Translations under genes and position numbers: made by a program
Part shown: positions 45,601 through 57,100 of the stretch, piece by piece
How the letters are laid out: the number at the start of each line of letters is the position of its first letter
How positions within the stretch are numbered: the stretch's first letter is position 1
NCBI GenBank assembly: GCA_000091205.1
Contig: AP006501.2
From: Cyanidioschyzon merolae
Taxonomy: Eukaryota
DNA length: 64,000 bases
Direction: 5' to 3' (one strand)
Notes under the pieces: model-generated
The model's input: the letters and a program-made list of their open reading frames with translations, nothing else
What the model was told of the DNA's origin: nothing
Database searches by the model: none

Positions 45601-48600
45601 ATACAGCTCCTCGATGAGGCGAGCTTGTCGACTCAGCAACACGTTCGCGGCATGCAGCGAGTCGCTCGCGCGTACCGTCTCCGGTGACAGCACCCGCGAC
45701 GAATGCAAGTAGCTCTCGCAACGGGCAACTTCCGCTTCCAGTTCAATAGCGACTTGCAGGTCTGCAATGAGCGTCAGGGAACCGTGTGGATCCGCGGATA
45801 CCCAATCAGTGCTGTGGACCATAACCACTGCCGCGGTATCCGCAGCGATGGTGGCTGCTCCCGGCGGGCTGCGCTCAGCCTTCTCGAGTGCCCAGCGTTC
45901 AGCTTGCTGGGCATGCCGAGAATGCAGTGCATGAACCAGCGCTACGGTCAAGCCTGATACAATGTCATAACCGATAAAAAGCCGGCGATAGATAAGCCAT
46001 CGGGCAAAGCGATGAAGAAAGCGGAAACGCCCACAGATCCCTACGATAAACTGTTCGAGACGGGAGAGGCCCCAACCGCCGGCCTGCGTGTGACTGAAGA
46101 CCCGAATCTCGTCGGTGTTCGTGGGATTGCTCACCTCGTCCATGGAACGATCAATAGCGGCATTCAAGAGCCGATAAGGTGTCATGGACATGGAACCAAT
46201 TAGAAACTGTTTCTGGACAGCAGCGCGCATCGCTAGGAGTGCTCTGCGACGTGACTCGTTCAGCTGGTGCAGAAACACAGCAGTTGCAGGAGGCCTGCGG
46301 TAACGGCGCGAGTGCTGTTGTTGTTGTCGTCGTCGTCGTTGGAGGATGCTGGAGCGCTCAACAGCGCTGCGTTCAGGTCCGATGTTCGTCGTCGCTGTTG
46401 TCCAGCGTACGCTTCTGGGACGGGCGCCCGCAGCAGCTGCAGTCATCCGCCGAGATCGCCCAGTTCGAGGCTGCTTTCGATCAAGTCGCAACCACCAAGG
46501 TCGTTGAGGAAGCCAACGGTTTCGCGCTTTGGCTACCTGGTGCTGCCGTTCGAGCTGAAGGCTCCGGCTGAGGCGTTGCATCTCGCGAGAATGGCGCTCC
46601 CGCAACGCCTGTGAGCCCGACATTCGATACTCCACAGAGGCACGCGGTACCGCTAGGGAAACTCGCGGTGGTCGAGCCACAACCAGTTGTGGCAGTGATG
46701 ACGAGCGCGGCAAACTCCCTTGGAGGCGCGCACTGACCCCGGGCATGGTGCCGTCACTAGTCCTCCAGGCTGCTGATGTTGCAGTAGCAGCAGCAGCAGC
46801 AGTAGTGGCGGTGGCGGTGGCGAGGATGGTGTTTCCTGCACTATTGCCCGAGTTGTTTCCAAAAGCGCTGTTCATCGTGTTCCCTGCAGCGTTACCAAAG
46901 CTGCTTCCAAAAGTGCTACCCATGGTACTCCTTGCAGTGCTCCCGGGTGCTGGCATCGTGACGAGATTGCCAGTACTTTTCGGATTTGTCGAGGTGTCAC
47001 TTGTACCCGGTGTGATACTGTTGCTCGGGTTGCTGTTGGTATCCATTAGTTCGGGCCCTGCTGCTGATGCTGTCCAGTGTGCTTCATCTGGTTTTTGGGG
47101 AGGCAAACGCTCCTCCATGTCGGAACTGGACGAGACGCCCATCACTTTGTTCGTGTCGCTGGCGATCGATATGGAGTCGGGGTGCTCACTCATGAGCACC
47201 GGTGTGCGAGTCGCCTTGCTCACGAGCGCCCGCACCTGACCCACCCGCAGCAGCAACCTGGATAGCTCTGCGGGCAGAATCGCCACTTGCCCCACAAAGA
47301 CCCAATCCGCAAACGTAAAGCGACTCGTGCGCTGCATGTCGAGCAGGATATCCAGCGCCTTTGCATGTAACCGCCGTACTTGGGCGCGAAACGTTCGCAC
47401 CTGTGCAGCGGAACGATTCAAAAGACCCAACCAACCGGCAACCGTTTTAATGGTTGGTGCCTGAACCATCAGCGTCATCAGTACAATGGTAGCCGTCCAG
47501 AGTTGAACTCGTGCATTCACGTAGGTTCCGCCCTGGATATTAGGTTCATGGAAGACAATCTGGGCTGCAATGAGCGAAATAGCACCGCGGAGACCGACGT
47601 GAACAATCAAGAGCGCTTCCCGCCACGTGAGTCCGTAGCGACTGCGTCGTAACACCGGATAGAGCACCACCACTGCGATCAGGCGACTGAGGTAGAGCAC
47701 TGGGTAGAGCACGAGGCCGTACGCAATGGTCTTGCCGTCGATACCGTGACGACCCCAGAATACGATCAAATTCACAACTGCAATGAATCCTGCGTATGTA
47801 AAAGCGATCGCATTGATGATCATCGAAATGACGGACCAGAAAGCGAGCAACGAATCCTGGAACTCAGGTGTCAACGAAGCAAAGCGATCCGCTCGAAGCA
47901 CCAGTCCGAAAGAGGCCACAGCGACAATGCCAGAGACGCCACAAGGACTCTCGCCGACATAGAAGACCAGGTACGAGAGCACAAATGTTGAGCCAATTTC
48001 GATTGCCGCATCCTTCCAGACTCGACGGAGGAAGACAAGTGTAGGGAGCGCGAAGGCAATTCCCAGTGCGAGACCTCCACCAGCGAGTCGCAGCAACTGC
48101 ACAAAGATGGCTCCAATCGACTGAGACGCATTCGGCTGCAGCCGCGTCAAAAACAGCACAAAGAGCGTGAACCCAGAGCCGTCATTAAACAAGGATTCGC
48201 CCTGGATCATCACCTGCAATGGTGTTCGAATGCCGCTTCCTTCGAGCGCCATGTTTACAGCCAGCACGTCAGTTGGCGAGATGAGCGCTCCGAACATCCA
48301 GCCAGCGTTGAGGCTCCACGGCGAGTCAGTCAATACATACGTGGTAAAGAAGGCGAGCAGGGCGGCGTCAATCACGACGAGAATCATGCTGAGGGCGAAG
48401 ATTTGCAATAAGAGGTTGCTGACGGTCCACCAGTCGATGAAGAGGGCGCTCTCGAGAATCAGCGGTGGTAACAGCACATAGAACAACACCTCGGGGTTGC
48501 GCACGTCGACCCAGTAGTTGAGCGAGGCAGACAACTGGGCCAAGTTCAAATAGCAGCCAGCAACGCCAAAGATGCCACCTGCGATGACCAGAGGAAAAGT

Positions 48601-48849
48601 ATACGGCACGGGTAAACGGTAGTGATCCAGCACGCTCTTGAAAGCGTATGCCAAGAGCACGGCTAGGATCGGAAACAATAGGATCATAAACGTTGACGGG
48701 GTCCATTCGGTGAACCCGTGACATATTGCAAAGATTTCCTCACCTACAGGGTCTGTTTCTGCTGCGGAGGCCGCCAGGTTTGTTCGAACGAGGGTAGCGG
48801 GCCCACGCAGCAGGTCGCTTTCGCTCGGGCACCAAGCACTCGTGTTCAT
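42655..48849 (-). CDS. Na+/H+ exchanger (CPA1/NHE family) with a ~1500-aa C-terminal extension containing cyclic-nucleotide-binding-like segments; 2064 aa, single ORF
   Basis: The N-terminal ~480 aa form an NHE membrane domain (..FTEWTPSTFMILLFPILAVLL.. LPPLILESALF.. GALISPTDVLAV.. GESLFNDGSGFTLF..). The C-terminal region has CNBD-like beta-roll starts (AFAHGEVVQRMDTLVVGVFYVIRGAIEV) and tails (ALELVVVSQLAHVFFIPASNFRNLM), with poly-Q/Ala/Thr low-complexity linkers. It is a paralog of 51138..58208. Confidence 0.8.
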   Translation of the reverse strand: MNTSAWCPSESDLLRGPATLVRTNLAASAAETDPVGEEIFAICHGFTEWTPSTFMILLFPILAVLLAYAFKSVLDHYRLPVPYTFPLVIAGGIFGVAGCYLNLAQLSASLNYWVDVRNPEVLFYVLLPPLILESALFIDWWTVSNLLLQIFALSMILVVIDAALLAFFTTYVLTDSPWSLNAGWMFGALISPTDVLAVNMALEGSGIRTPLQVMIQGESLFNDGSGFTLFVLFLTRLQPNASQSIGAIFVQLLRLAGGGLALGIAFALPTLVFLRRVWKDAAIEIGSTFVLSYLVFYVGESPCGVSGIVAVASFGLVLRADRFASLTPEFQDSLLAFWSVISMIINAIAFTYAGFIAVVNLIVFWGRHGIDGKTIAYGLVLYPVLYLSRLIAVVVLYPVLRRSRYGLTWREALLIVHVGLRGAISLIAAQIVFHEPNIQGGTYVNARVQLWTATIVLMTLMVQAPTIKTVAGWLGLLNRSAAQVRTFRAQVRRLHAKALDILLDMQRTSRFTFADWVFVGQVAILPAELSRLLLRVGQVRALVSKATRTPVLMSEHPDSISIASDTNKVMGVSSSSDMEERLPPQKPDEAHWTASAAGPELMDTNSNPSNSITPGTSDTSTNPKSTGNLVTMPAPGSTARSTMGSTFGSSFGNAAGNTMNSAFGNNSGNSAGNTILATATATTAAAAATATSAAWRTSDGTMPGVSARLQGSLPRSSSLPQLVVARPPRVSLAVPRASVEYRMSGSQALRERHSREMQRLSRSLQLERQHQVAKARNRWLPQRPWWLRLDRKQPRTGRSRRMTAAAAGARPRSVRWTTATTNIGPERSAVERSSILQRRRRQQQQHSRRYRRPPATAVFLHQLNESRRRALLAMRAAVQKQFLIGSMSMTPYRLLNAAIDRSMDEVSNPTNTDEIRVFSHTQAGGWGLSRLEQFIVGICGRFRFLHRFARWLIYRRLFIGYDIVSGLTVALVHALHSRHAQQAERWALEKAERSPPGAATIAADTAAVVMVHSTDWVSADPHGSLTLIADLQVAIELEAEVARCESYLHSSRVLSPETVRASDSLHAANVLLSRQARLIEELYATGTLTEAESKALLDQLDMRREALQRVSIRFPLPTIGDCLRNSLASWLEVEYRSRVALEHALEQLLAAWRAAGQIRAFAHGEVVQRMDTLVVGVFYVIRGAIEVRTQHVEFAGDDLDDLDEQLLLQRQDMQAVDHQARHGTLGRHNGLRSSYPAVQRTPVDRIQRQSAMIANLLSEEEFPPLRRKPTTTSVWPQAVETAETGSAAPLAGVVAPASSERSTEAPLTLPSHLGQERERKSTLWRRWRWWQRRQPEETAATPRDMVEPPYPGEEAVPSATLPSRRRAAEARLRAFISDVFGIAGRRERDDRYTSNSNVVDDDDDDFADDGTIAADAEEVVWHAASAEAGAFPHGLRDAAPSSGALNHEHKHIPPDLEASAPASGFPREDAHEVRTLSNSVTGQSYGMAGSLYRYTSALELVVVSQLAHVFFIPASNFRNLMSSRDDWMRLAVRMAASECARNLVPNVEEYLTETRMRFMELERRDRPSTERQPERSSTSVQSPADDAETPPESNGLAAARTDTLGADNAAPESAQVTRPGTRAHVETRDTSSRLPDASFAMYENPGTVATETMLFPPEALDYEKRRDAMLLPLRTATLVVWAMPRLLPGTLSGPLHGQCIARRLRSAVVILLQGTVYLQTCDGEGARQLQHARPLCKRYGCLGQYQSELHAPCETLPVRCRVLVVTPSDTPLFFDTKAQERGEAGLYDEQRAENEALWSLLHSTAAANPAAAQTVSSGGLRWHPPDPNLITVAESEGASSGTLLRRRVDAPALIRLDVAPALPRSVAPETNAARTGTTGEASLLSDANSRSLSMGRLGQASIRVPKRLASPLDLYSGERKLSSRAKQASASAEQFTLVWFDPADPRIHDLVAAFGVGPGGVSDPLFEDSLRSRPLSRFPAEDSITSVETNAETARVASEAPRTAEREQSASFVSSGPVRLATFPSEGHVALDTGDANTFASSSSESTPDLSADVRLMADRHLLS

Positions 48850-48984
48850 GGAGAGCGACCTGAGCGACGCCCCGGGCGTGTGTTACAGCTTACCTGATTT
48901 TCGTTCAAAATTCAAACAACAAAGGTGAGCATCCGTTGTTCATGGCTGTGCGCTTGAAGCCAATGTGCCAACCAGGAGGATGAG

Positions 48985-49016
48985 GAGCAGCAGCAGCAGC
49001 AGCGCAGCAGCAGCGC
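48985..49016. repeat. (CAG)n-rich microsatellite just upstream of the NHE paralog-1 start codon
   Basis: gagcagcagcagcagcagcgcagcagcagcg read directly at 48985-49016. Confidence 0.8.
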
Positions 49017-49149
49017 GATACGGACGAACGAACGGCACCGGTGGCGTTCAACGGCATTCATGCTGGGCTACCTTTCGAAGCTCTGCTGAGGAACGACGAG
49101 TTACTTGGCGAGAGAGTTGCAATTCGTGGACGGAATTAGTTAGGAAAAA

Positions 49150-49590
49150 GTGAAAAGGAAGATTTGGATAGCCCAATAGAGCGAGTGCGGGAAGAGTGTA
49201 CGGAATAAGCTGAAAGTAGCAAGCTCTGGAGAACCGGGAGAGTGCCTTGAAAGCTCTGGATAGTCGCATAGACGAAGCGCACGTTGGAGTGTTAAGGTCT
49301 TTTACAAGTAAAAAGCTCAGAAAACTAGAGACACTACGTTGAAGGCTCTGGATCGTCCAACTGAATTGATGCAAGCCTGGGGGTATTAGCGTAATCTGAA
49401 AGCTCAGAAGATTCGAGACACGACGTTGAAGGCTCTGGATCGTCCAACTGAATTGATGCAAGCCTAGGGGTATAAGCGTAATCTGAAAGGGGAAAGCTCA
49501 GAAAATTCAAAATACTGCGCTGGCGGGTTTGGATAGCCCAGATGAAGCGATGAAGGTCGAATCCGTTGTCCGATCTGAAACGAGCACTTC
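49150..49590. repeat. ~87-bp tandem satellite, about 5 units; the two central units are ~95% identical and the flanking units are degenerate
   Basis: acgttgaaggctctggatcgtccaactgaattgatgcaagcct[g/a]ggggtat[t/a]agcgtaatctgaaag..ctcagaa.attc.a.aca at 49336 and 49423. Degenerate copies are at ~49163, ~49249 and ~49500 (recurring ..gctctggat..gtc.. and ..aagctcagaaaa.. cores). Confidence 0.8.
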
Positions 49591-51137
49591 GCTGCTCGCC
49601 TGCACCTTGACTATCGCTTTTTTCCGACATTTTCTGATGTACAGCCTCGACAATTGAAGTATAGCAATAAGGGCTTCGGGATGATGCATATGAAGTTCCA
49701 GGATTCTCGTTTGCCTTTGCGGAGTCGCAGCTGTGACGCTGCCTCTGGAATTCACGAAACCATGGACGTCAAGATCATTCGCGACACCCTAGAAAACGGG
49801 TTCGTTCTGTACCCGATATCAGGATCCAGTTCAAAAGCGCAAGCCTCATCGCTGCTCTCTTACTTTGATGTAGCATGCTCAAATCATGGATTCTTCAATG
49901 TTTGGGATCCTTCTGTTGCAAGGCAACTTGGGGGCGCACCAATTCGCGCCCCAGCGTGGACAAGGCGAAAAACTCGACATCTTCTCTCTTGAGGACGTCT
50001 TCACCAGCTCATACCGATTGTGCACTGTACTTGCCTCGTCAAATACTCGACACCGTTCGAAAGCCAAACCGCCATTTCTATGTGGACATTGATGAAACCG
50101 GACTCGACAGCTGCGTGATGCCTCGCTCGGAATGTGGTACCCGAGTCTCCCGTCTTCTCTCTAGGGATGGAGAACCGTCCAGGACTCGGAGTTGGGTTGT
50201 CGGAGCGATCGCTTCGACCGAGGCGGGCTCCACCGCGTGGTACAACGGCAGCGCTCAGGGGCAGGAACTTCTCGGTATCTACTCCAGCAGGATGTTTCCT
50301 TCCTGTATGTGTTCCATCATGGACAATACCGCATACCAAATTCCTTGTATCCAATGGAAAATCGTGCCCTTGTGCGTAGAGCGGACAAAGCATTCGCCAG
50401 AGGGATCACCCATAAGCAGCACGTGATCCTAGGATACGGTGCCAGGCGTGGAGAAGCGGGTACGGTATCGAGGCGCGTCCGCGCTACGCTTCATGGACGT
50501 GTACAGAGCGGCGAGGCAAGGCGTTCACGCGCCACATGGCGGCTCCTGGAGATAGGATGTATGGCGGACATACGAGAGCACCTGACCGCAGTCCAGTGTC
50601 ACCGCTGAGAAGCGCACACTGAGGCTGTTACCATGGACGCTGAAAATAGCGTGCGAGGCATAGCTCGCAACTACCGCATGTGCATCAATTGCGTCGATCA
50701 TAGCAAGAAGCTGCGAAATGTGCATTTGAACGCTGCCACCAACATCCCCGCACTGCTCACGAATATGCTGGAGCGCAAGGCGCGATCGGAGGACTTCAAG
50801 CCGTACATGAATGACAGGGAAAGCAAGCAGAGGCAGGAAAACCCGCAACAGCTGGTTTTGATCACATCTTCAGCATGGGAAACATCGAGATTGAACGCCC
50901 GAGTTTGCCAACGGGACGATTTCAGATGGAGTCTAACAGAGGCGTCAAACAATGTCGCGGCCATGCCCTTGTTCAAAAAAATGTCGTTCCACAAGCGTCT
51001 GATGGACAAGCACGGCGAAGCGACGCTTTCATAGAAAGCAAATGTAATGCTTCTTCCTGGACAGAGACGCGTCATCAAGGAGGCTCTCGTTCCATATCTG
51101 GATGCGAAAACGTCTTCAAGGATCTCGTTGTCTACTC

Positions 51138-54100
51138 CTAGAACATGTGTTCCCGTGCCATGAGCTCTGCATCCCGCTCTAGCTGACGCCGATCCGGTGT
51201 ATTCGATTCAAGTACTTCAGAAGCTGGATCCGTGACCGCAGGGATGCTCCCTGCATCTTGTTCTGCAGAGAGGAAGGACGACGAGCCTTCCAGGACGGTG
51301 TCCGATACGCTGCGATGTGTCTCCCGCAGGTCTCTGGTCTGCCAAGGCGGTGCTTGGCCCGTGCTCCCCCCGCGGTACACCACCGGAGTGCCAGTTGCAG
51401 ATTCCTCGAATAGCAGTTGCAGGCCTGTATCCTCAACAGGATTGGCGACCTCTTCACTGTAGTTCGCTAGGATATCGACCAGTTCGGATCGAGAACGTCG
51501 CGGTGGGCGAGTATGTCGGTGTCGCCAGAGCTGCTGCTCAAGTTCCGTTTCCGTTTCCGTTCGGTGTTTCTGCTCGAATTGACGCATCCAAGGGCCAGCA
51601 ATGGATCCAGCATGCCCTCTGGTCTGTTCCGAACGTTCCCGGTCAGCAGACTCGGACGGAAACGTTTCGGTTAGAGAGACCATTCCGGACGGCAGCGTCC
51701 AGCTGCGTAAAAGCCCAGGACGCGTGCCACTTTCGCCAGCCGCTTGTCCGATAAAGCGCTCACCACTGCTGCCATCTGAACAGGTAGGATGCAGCGCATC
51801 CGTCCCAGCGCACATGATATCAGCGGGAACAGTGTTTCCGGGCTGGTCTACTTCACTCGGTTTCGAGATACGCGAGGTGTCGCTCATGGGTGCCGTCGTC
51901 GTCGAAAGTCGCTGTGCTCCTCTCCCGCGCCGACTGCTGACCCGCTCACGAGCCGCAGCCAAACGTTGTAACCGTAATGCACTCTGTACAAGGCGCTTTC
52001 GCTCCTTTTGGAGAAGAGGCTGGTTCAAATCCATCCACAGGAAACAGGGAGAAGTGGCGGTTTTCGATACAGCCGAAGCAACTGCATCGTTTCTGTCTGA
52101 AGCGGCAGCAGCAAAGAGCGCAACATCCTCACAGGGGCGAGCGCAACTCGCAGCGAAATGGTCCAGGCGAAGTACTGCTGGTGCGGAGACTCGACCCGCC
52201 CAGGTTTGCCACTCAGAAAGCGGTGACGGAGCATCGCCGCTGAGACTGCTCCTGTTGCCACCGCTATCGGTGATTTTGCCAGTCCCTGTACTGCCGTTTC
52301 CGTCGCTGCTGGTGCTACCAGGTCGTAACCGCTGCTGCGGCAGGGTTGCGTCATTTGCCTGGTGTAACGCCACTGAAGCAACGGACGCTTTCTCGTGATT
52401 GCTCAGAAACTGCAAAAGTGAAGGAATCGCGGCACCACGCAAAACAAGAAGCTTCGCAGGGGGCATTCCATCCGGCAACAAGAGCCAACGTCTCGGTTTT
52501 GTGTCTACTCGACGCGACGCATCCGCGCTCCGTATACCGCCAGCAGGCTGGACATCTGCTTCCCCTGTTACGGCGCTTTCGTGTTCGCGCTCAGCAGCGG
52601 GAGACGCTGACCCGCGCTCAACACCAGTACCTGTTTGGGAACTCGCTGTCGGCATCAGTGGCGCTCGATATCGCTGGAGCCACGGCCCCGCAGGTGTATC
52701 TGAGCCAGTCTCAGGAACGAACGCATCCTGCAGGATCTGGGCACCGTAAGCACTGGTGGGACGAATCTCCAGCGTTCCCGTAAGGAGTATCAGAATAAGG
52801 GACGGGGTTGCAGGTTCCAGCAACGGCACGTTCACAGCGCAGATGCCCTCGTGCACATGATAGACGCGTTCGTAGAGGCCGTACCAAGCCAGTGCACCCG
52901 TTACGTATACCTGATAGCGCAGGTTTGCTCGATCATCAGTGGAGCGTGAAGCGTCCAGCCACCACGGTGCTGCCTGATCCGAACGCTGCAGATAATCATA
53001 CATCGTGAACGAGTCCTGACGTGGTGGAAGCAGAGGTCTTCGTGTTGGGCGCGCTGCGGCACTGTGCGAACCTGCTTCAGTGGATGCTCCGGTTTCTGGG
53101 CGCTCTCCAAGCACCAGCGGTTGACGATCTACCAACGTTGTCGGAGCGGGTGTTGTTGGTTCGGGTCTCGTGGGCGCCCTGGTATCCAGCGGTACGCCAG
53201 ATGCAGCCAATGGCGTCGTGGCTATTGCGGCATTACCGCCGGCGCTTTTCGAAGGTATCCCCGCAGCTGCCGTCGTCGTCATCGTGACAAGTGCGGCTGC
53301 TCGTTGTTCAGACTCGGTTAAGGCTGCATTCCGGAGTGACAGCTCTGGACAAGTAACCGACTCTGCCATGTGTTCAGAATGTGGCCGTTGCAGCGCATGA
53401 AGGCTGTTTCCGTTACCGTCTTCCGTAACTGCAATCTGGTAGAGTTCAGAGAAGAACGTCTCCAGGCCCGGGATAAGGGCATCCACGAGCTCCGCGGCGC
53501 CTAGTCGGAGCGCCTCTTGCCACCAACCTCGCTCACTGCTCACCAGTTGCTGAAACGCTTGACGAGGAATAAGAAGCACGTTGGCCACCGGACTGGCAAC
53601 CACGAGCTCGTAGGGGTACCGGTGCGCAAATAGGACGCCACCGACACCATGCACATTGCGCAGAGGATCATCGTGACGAAGGAGCGACACCACCTCGTAT
53701 TCTGGGAGAGGGAGCAGGCCCTCCGCAGCTGTGCACTGCGAAGGCGAGGTGGCAAGCGTCAGACGCTCTTGTTCGGGCGCTGCAGCCGACCAGGAAGACG
53801 CAACGAGCAGGGCACCAGGTGTCGCATCGAGCACAGCGGACTCGGTTTCGAGCGCTTCACCTTCCAGTGCATCTTCACCTTCATCATCATCCCATTCTAC
53901 GAGGTCCGTTCCAGGGCGCATCGCCGACGGCGGTGTGCCAGTCGCGCAACGTGCTGTGCTCGAACGCGACTGGTGTGCCCCAGTGTTGCGATGATCCCCA
54001 CAATGATTACGATTATTGCTGCTGATGTTGTTGTTGTTAGTCCAGGTTCGATTCGATCGCATGGCATCCGCCCGACGGCAGGCAGCGCCCTCGCGCTTGC

Positions 54101-57100
54101 CATCAGTGACACCCGAAGCATCTTTCCCATCTCCGCTGATCCAGTCATGCGGAGCAACGGTGAGCGCTTCACTGGACGTTCCTGGAACAGCATGTTCAGC
54201 ATCCCGGGAAGCAGGCTCAAACAAACGCGCGGGAAGCTGTTTTTGTTGGGCATCACGTTGCTCGCCATCTCCTTGAGATGACTGACGACGACGACCACGG
54301 AGACGCTCCCACCAGGGCCACCTCCTCCTCCACCAACGCTGCTTCTGATGATGTTGTTGTTGTTCCTGCTGCTGCTGCTGCTGCTGCTGCCACCACCGGC
54401 GAAGGCCACTAGTGGCCGGGGCACCGTCCGGCACTTGTCTCGCAGCGTCCGCTGCAGGTGCTTTTGCAACGAGCACACCAGTCGCCGAGTCCGTAGCGAG
54501 TTCACCAGTAAAGGTGGCTGCGGCAACCGCCAAGCGCTCCGACGTTGCCCGGAGCGCCTCTTCCGCCTGGTGTTGGTCTCTGCTGATGAGGCGAGCAATC
54601 GCCTGTGTCATTGGCATGTCGATCGCTGTACCGCTCGGGGAGAGCAAGCATGTCGTCGCTTCAGTGCATGTCGACTGCTGCTCTTCGTGGACATGACACG
54701 GCGCAGTGTCTCTGCATCGGGTGCATACCGGAGATACGGCAGGTAGCGCGCTTGTCGGCTGCGCTGCCTCCAGGTCCGGCTCGGAGAGCACCAGGTGAGG
54801 CGCTGGGCCCGGGTGCGCGCTGCGTCGCTGCTGTGAATGCCTCCTAGAGTGCGTCTCCGGTGCCTGGCGCTGCTGCGGAGGATACGATACCGCTGTGCGT
54901 GGTCGTCCAAAGCCAAGGGGAAGGCGTGCTCGCCCTGACGCTATATGCTGCGTACGGCTCCAGTACCAGCGGAGCTCTAGAACACCGTGTGCTACGAGAA
55001 TCACCGCATCTGGTAGCTGAAAACTCGCCTGGAGACGCTCGCCTAGCAGTAACGAGCGCACATGGCCAGCCTGGCGAAAAGCGACATAGAGGCGATACGC
55101 CTGCGCAGAGGCGGAGTTCAGACCACCATCCAGAAGCCTTTCGGTTATCGATGTTGACGTTGTTGCTGCTGTTGCTGCTGCTGCTGGAGCACTCGTTTGG
55201 ACGCTCGTCGCTCCCGCTGGTGCGAAGGATGCGCCTGTAGTGGTGGTGGTGGTGGTGGTGGTTTTCGGGGTGCCCCCTGCTGACGACGACGCTGTCGCTA
55301 GCACAGGTTTGGATCCTGGCGACTGCGTCTCGTGGAACATTGGTGCCGCGGGCTGGAACCAGCGCCGAATACCAGCCTCAATGCGCTTCTCAAACGACGG
55401 AGCCGGAAATCGCACAGAAACTCGCTGCAGAGCCTCTCGCCGCATATCAATCTGGTCCAAAAGACCTCGAAACTCGCGTTTGGTCAGGAGACCCTCCGCG
55501 TACATGATTTCCAGGAGACGCTCCTGTCGACTGAGCATTACTGCGGCTGCTCGCAACGACTCCACAGAGCGTACCGTTTCGAGGCTGAGGATTCGCATCG
55601 AACGAAGATGCTGCTCGCAGCGCTGTAGATCGTGCTCCAGCTCTTGCAAGACTTGCGCATTCGCATGCAGAATCATGGTGAGCAAAAGCACCGCTCGCGG
55701 ATGAGGTTCACTTTTCTCATGTCGAAGCAGGGAATGGAGTGCTCGCATGCATTCGGAATAACGGCTCCGCCAGGCTTGGGCGAGCGCTACCGCCAGTCCC
55801 GACAGCACGTCATAGCCAACAAACAGACGACGGTGAAGCAGTGCCAGAGCCAGTCGATCGAGAAAGCGCACCCTACCCAAGACGTGTATGGCGAGGCGCT
55901 CGTAGCGACGCAAGCCCCAGCCGGCTTTCTGACTGCCCTCACAGAGGCGCAGCGTACCGGTGTGCGGCGCCAGGCATACCTTATCGTTGACGTAGTCGGT
56001 TACTGAGTCGAGGAGGCGGTACGTGACACGACTAATCGACCCAATGAGGTGCTGTTTCTGCACGTTCGCACGCACAGCAAGCAGCGTGCGCCGGCGACTC
56101 TCCATGAGGAGGCGACTGAACGCCGGGGAGTCCCCGAGCTTGCGCTCGAGAGGGAAACGCGTTAGCCAGTGCGCTAGACTTGGAAGCGACTCTTCGGGAA
56201 GGGGCTCTGGCTCTGGAGTTCGGACTGCCCTTGCAGGATTTCCTGTATCCGGCACTGGTCCCGGAGGCAATGATGAGACGCGAGATGCCCCAGTTGCCGT
56301 CTTGTCGGGTGCAGGAGTGCCAGCAGCATCGGGCTGACGTAGACGCGCCTTCCAGATGGCTTCGGCATTCGACCACGGTACCGGAGCGCTGCTGCTTGTC
56401 GTACCGGAGTTCGCGTCATCTCCAGGATCCAGAGACGACGACTCGGGAGAACGGGACGCACAGTCTGGCTCACGCGGCCCAGTTGGTGGCGTGGCTTGTC
56501 CTGGGGGCGCCACTCCGTAGCCGGGCGCCTGCTCCCCGTTCAAGCTCGCTGGAGGATCGTTCCCGGCAGCGGCCTTCGTGTAGCGCGCTGCCAAGTGCCG
56601 AATACGGGCGCGCACCCGCCCTGCACTTAACAGCAGCTCATCGAGTTTGTAAGGTAGAATGGCAGCCTCTTCCACGAATCCCCAATTTGCGTGAACGAAG
56701 CGACTGTGCTTCTGCATCTCCCGCAGCGCCTCTTTGGCTTGCCGGTGAAGACGGCGTACCTGGAGTCGAAACAGTCGCACTTCAGCGGCACTCTGGCTGA
56801 GGAGGCCCAGCCAGGCAGCGACCTGCCTCACTGTCGTTCCCTGGAACAACAGAGTCAGGAGTACGATCATCGAGGTCCACAGCTGAACCCGAGCAGATAC
56901 CACTGTACTACCGCGAATGGAAGGCGTATGGAAGACAATCTGGGCGGCAATGAGAGAGATGGCTCCGCGTAGGCCACAGTGAACGATGAGGATGGCCTCT
57001 CGCCACGAGGCCCCGTAACGACCAGTGCGCAGAATAGGAAACAGCGCCACCACCGCCACAACACGACAGAGGTAAGTGACAGGATAGAGCGCTACTCCGT

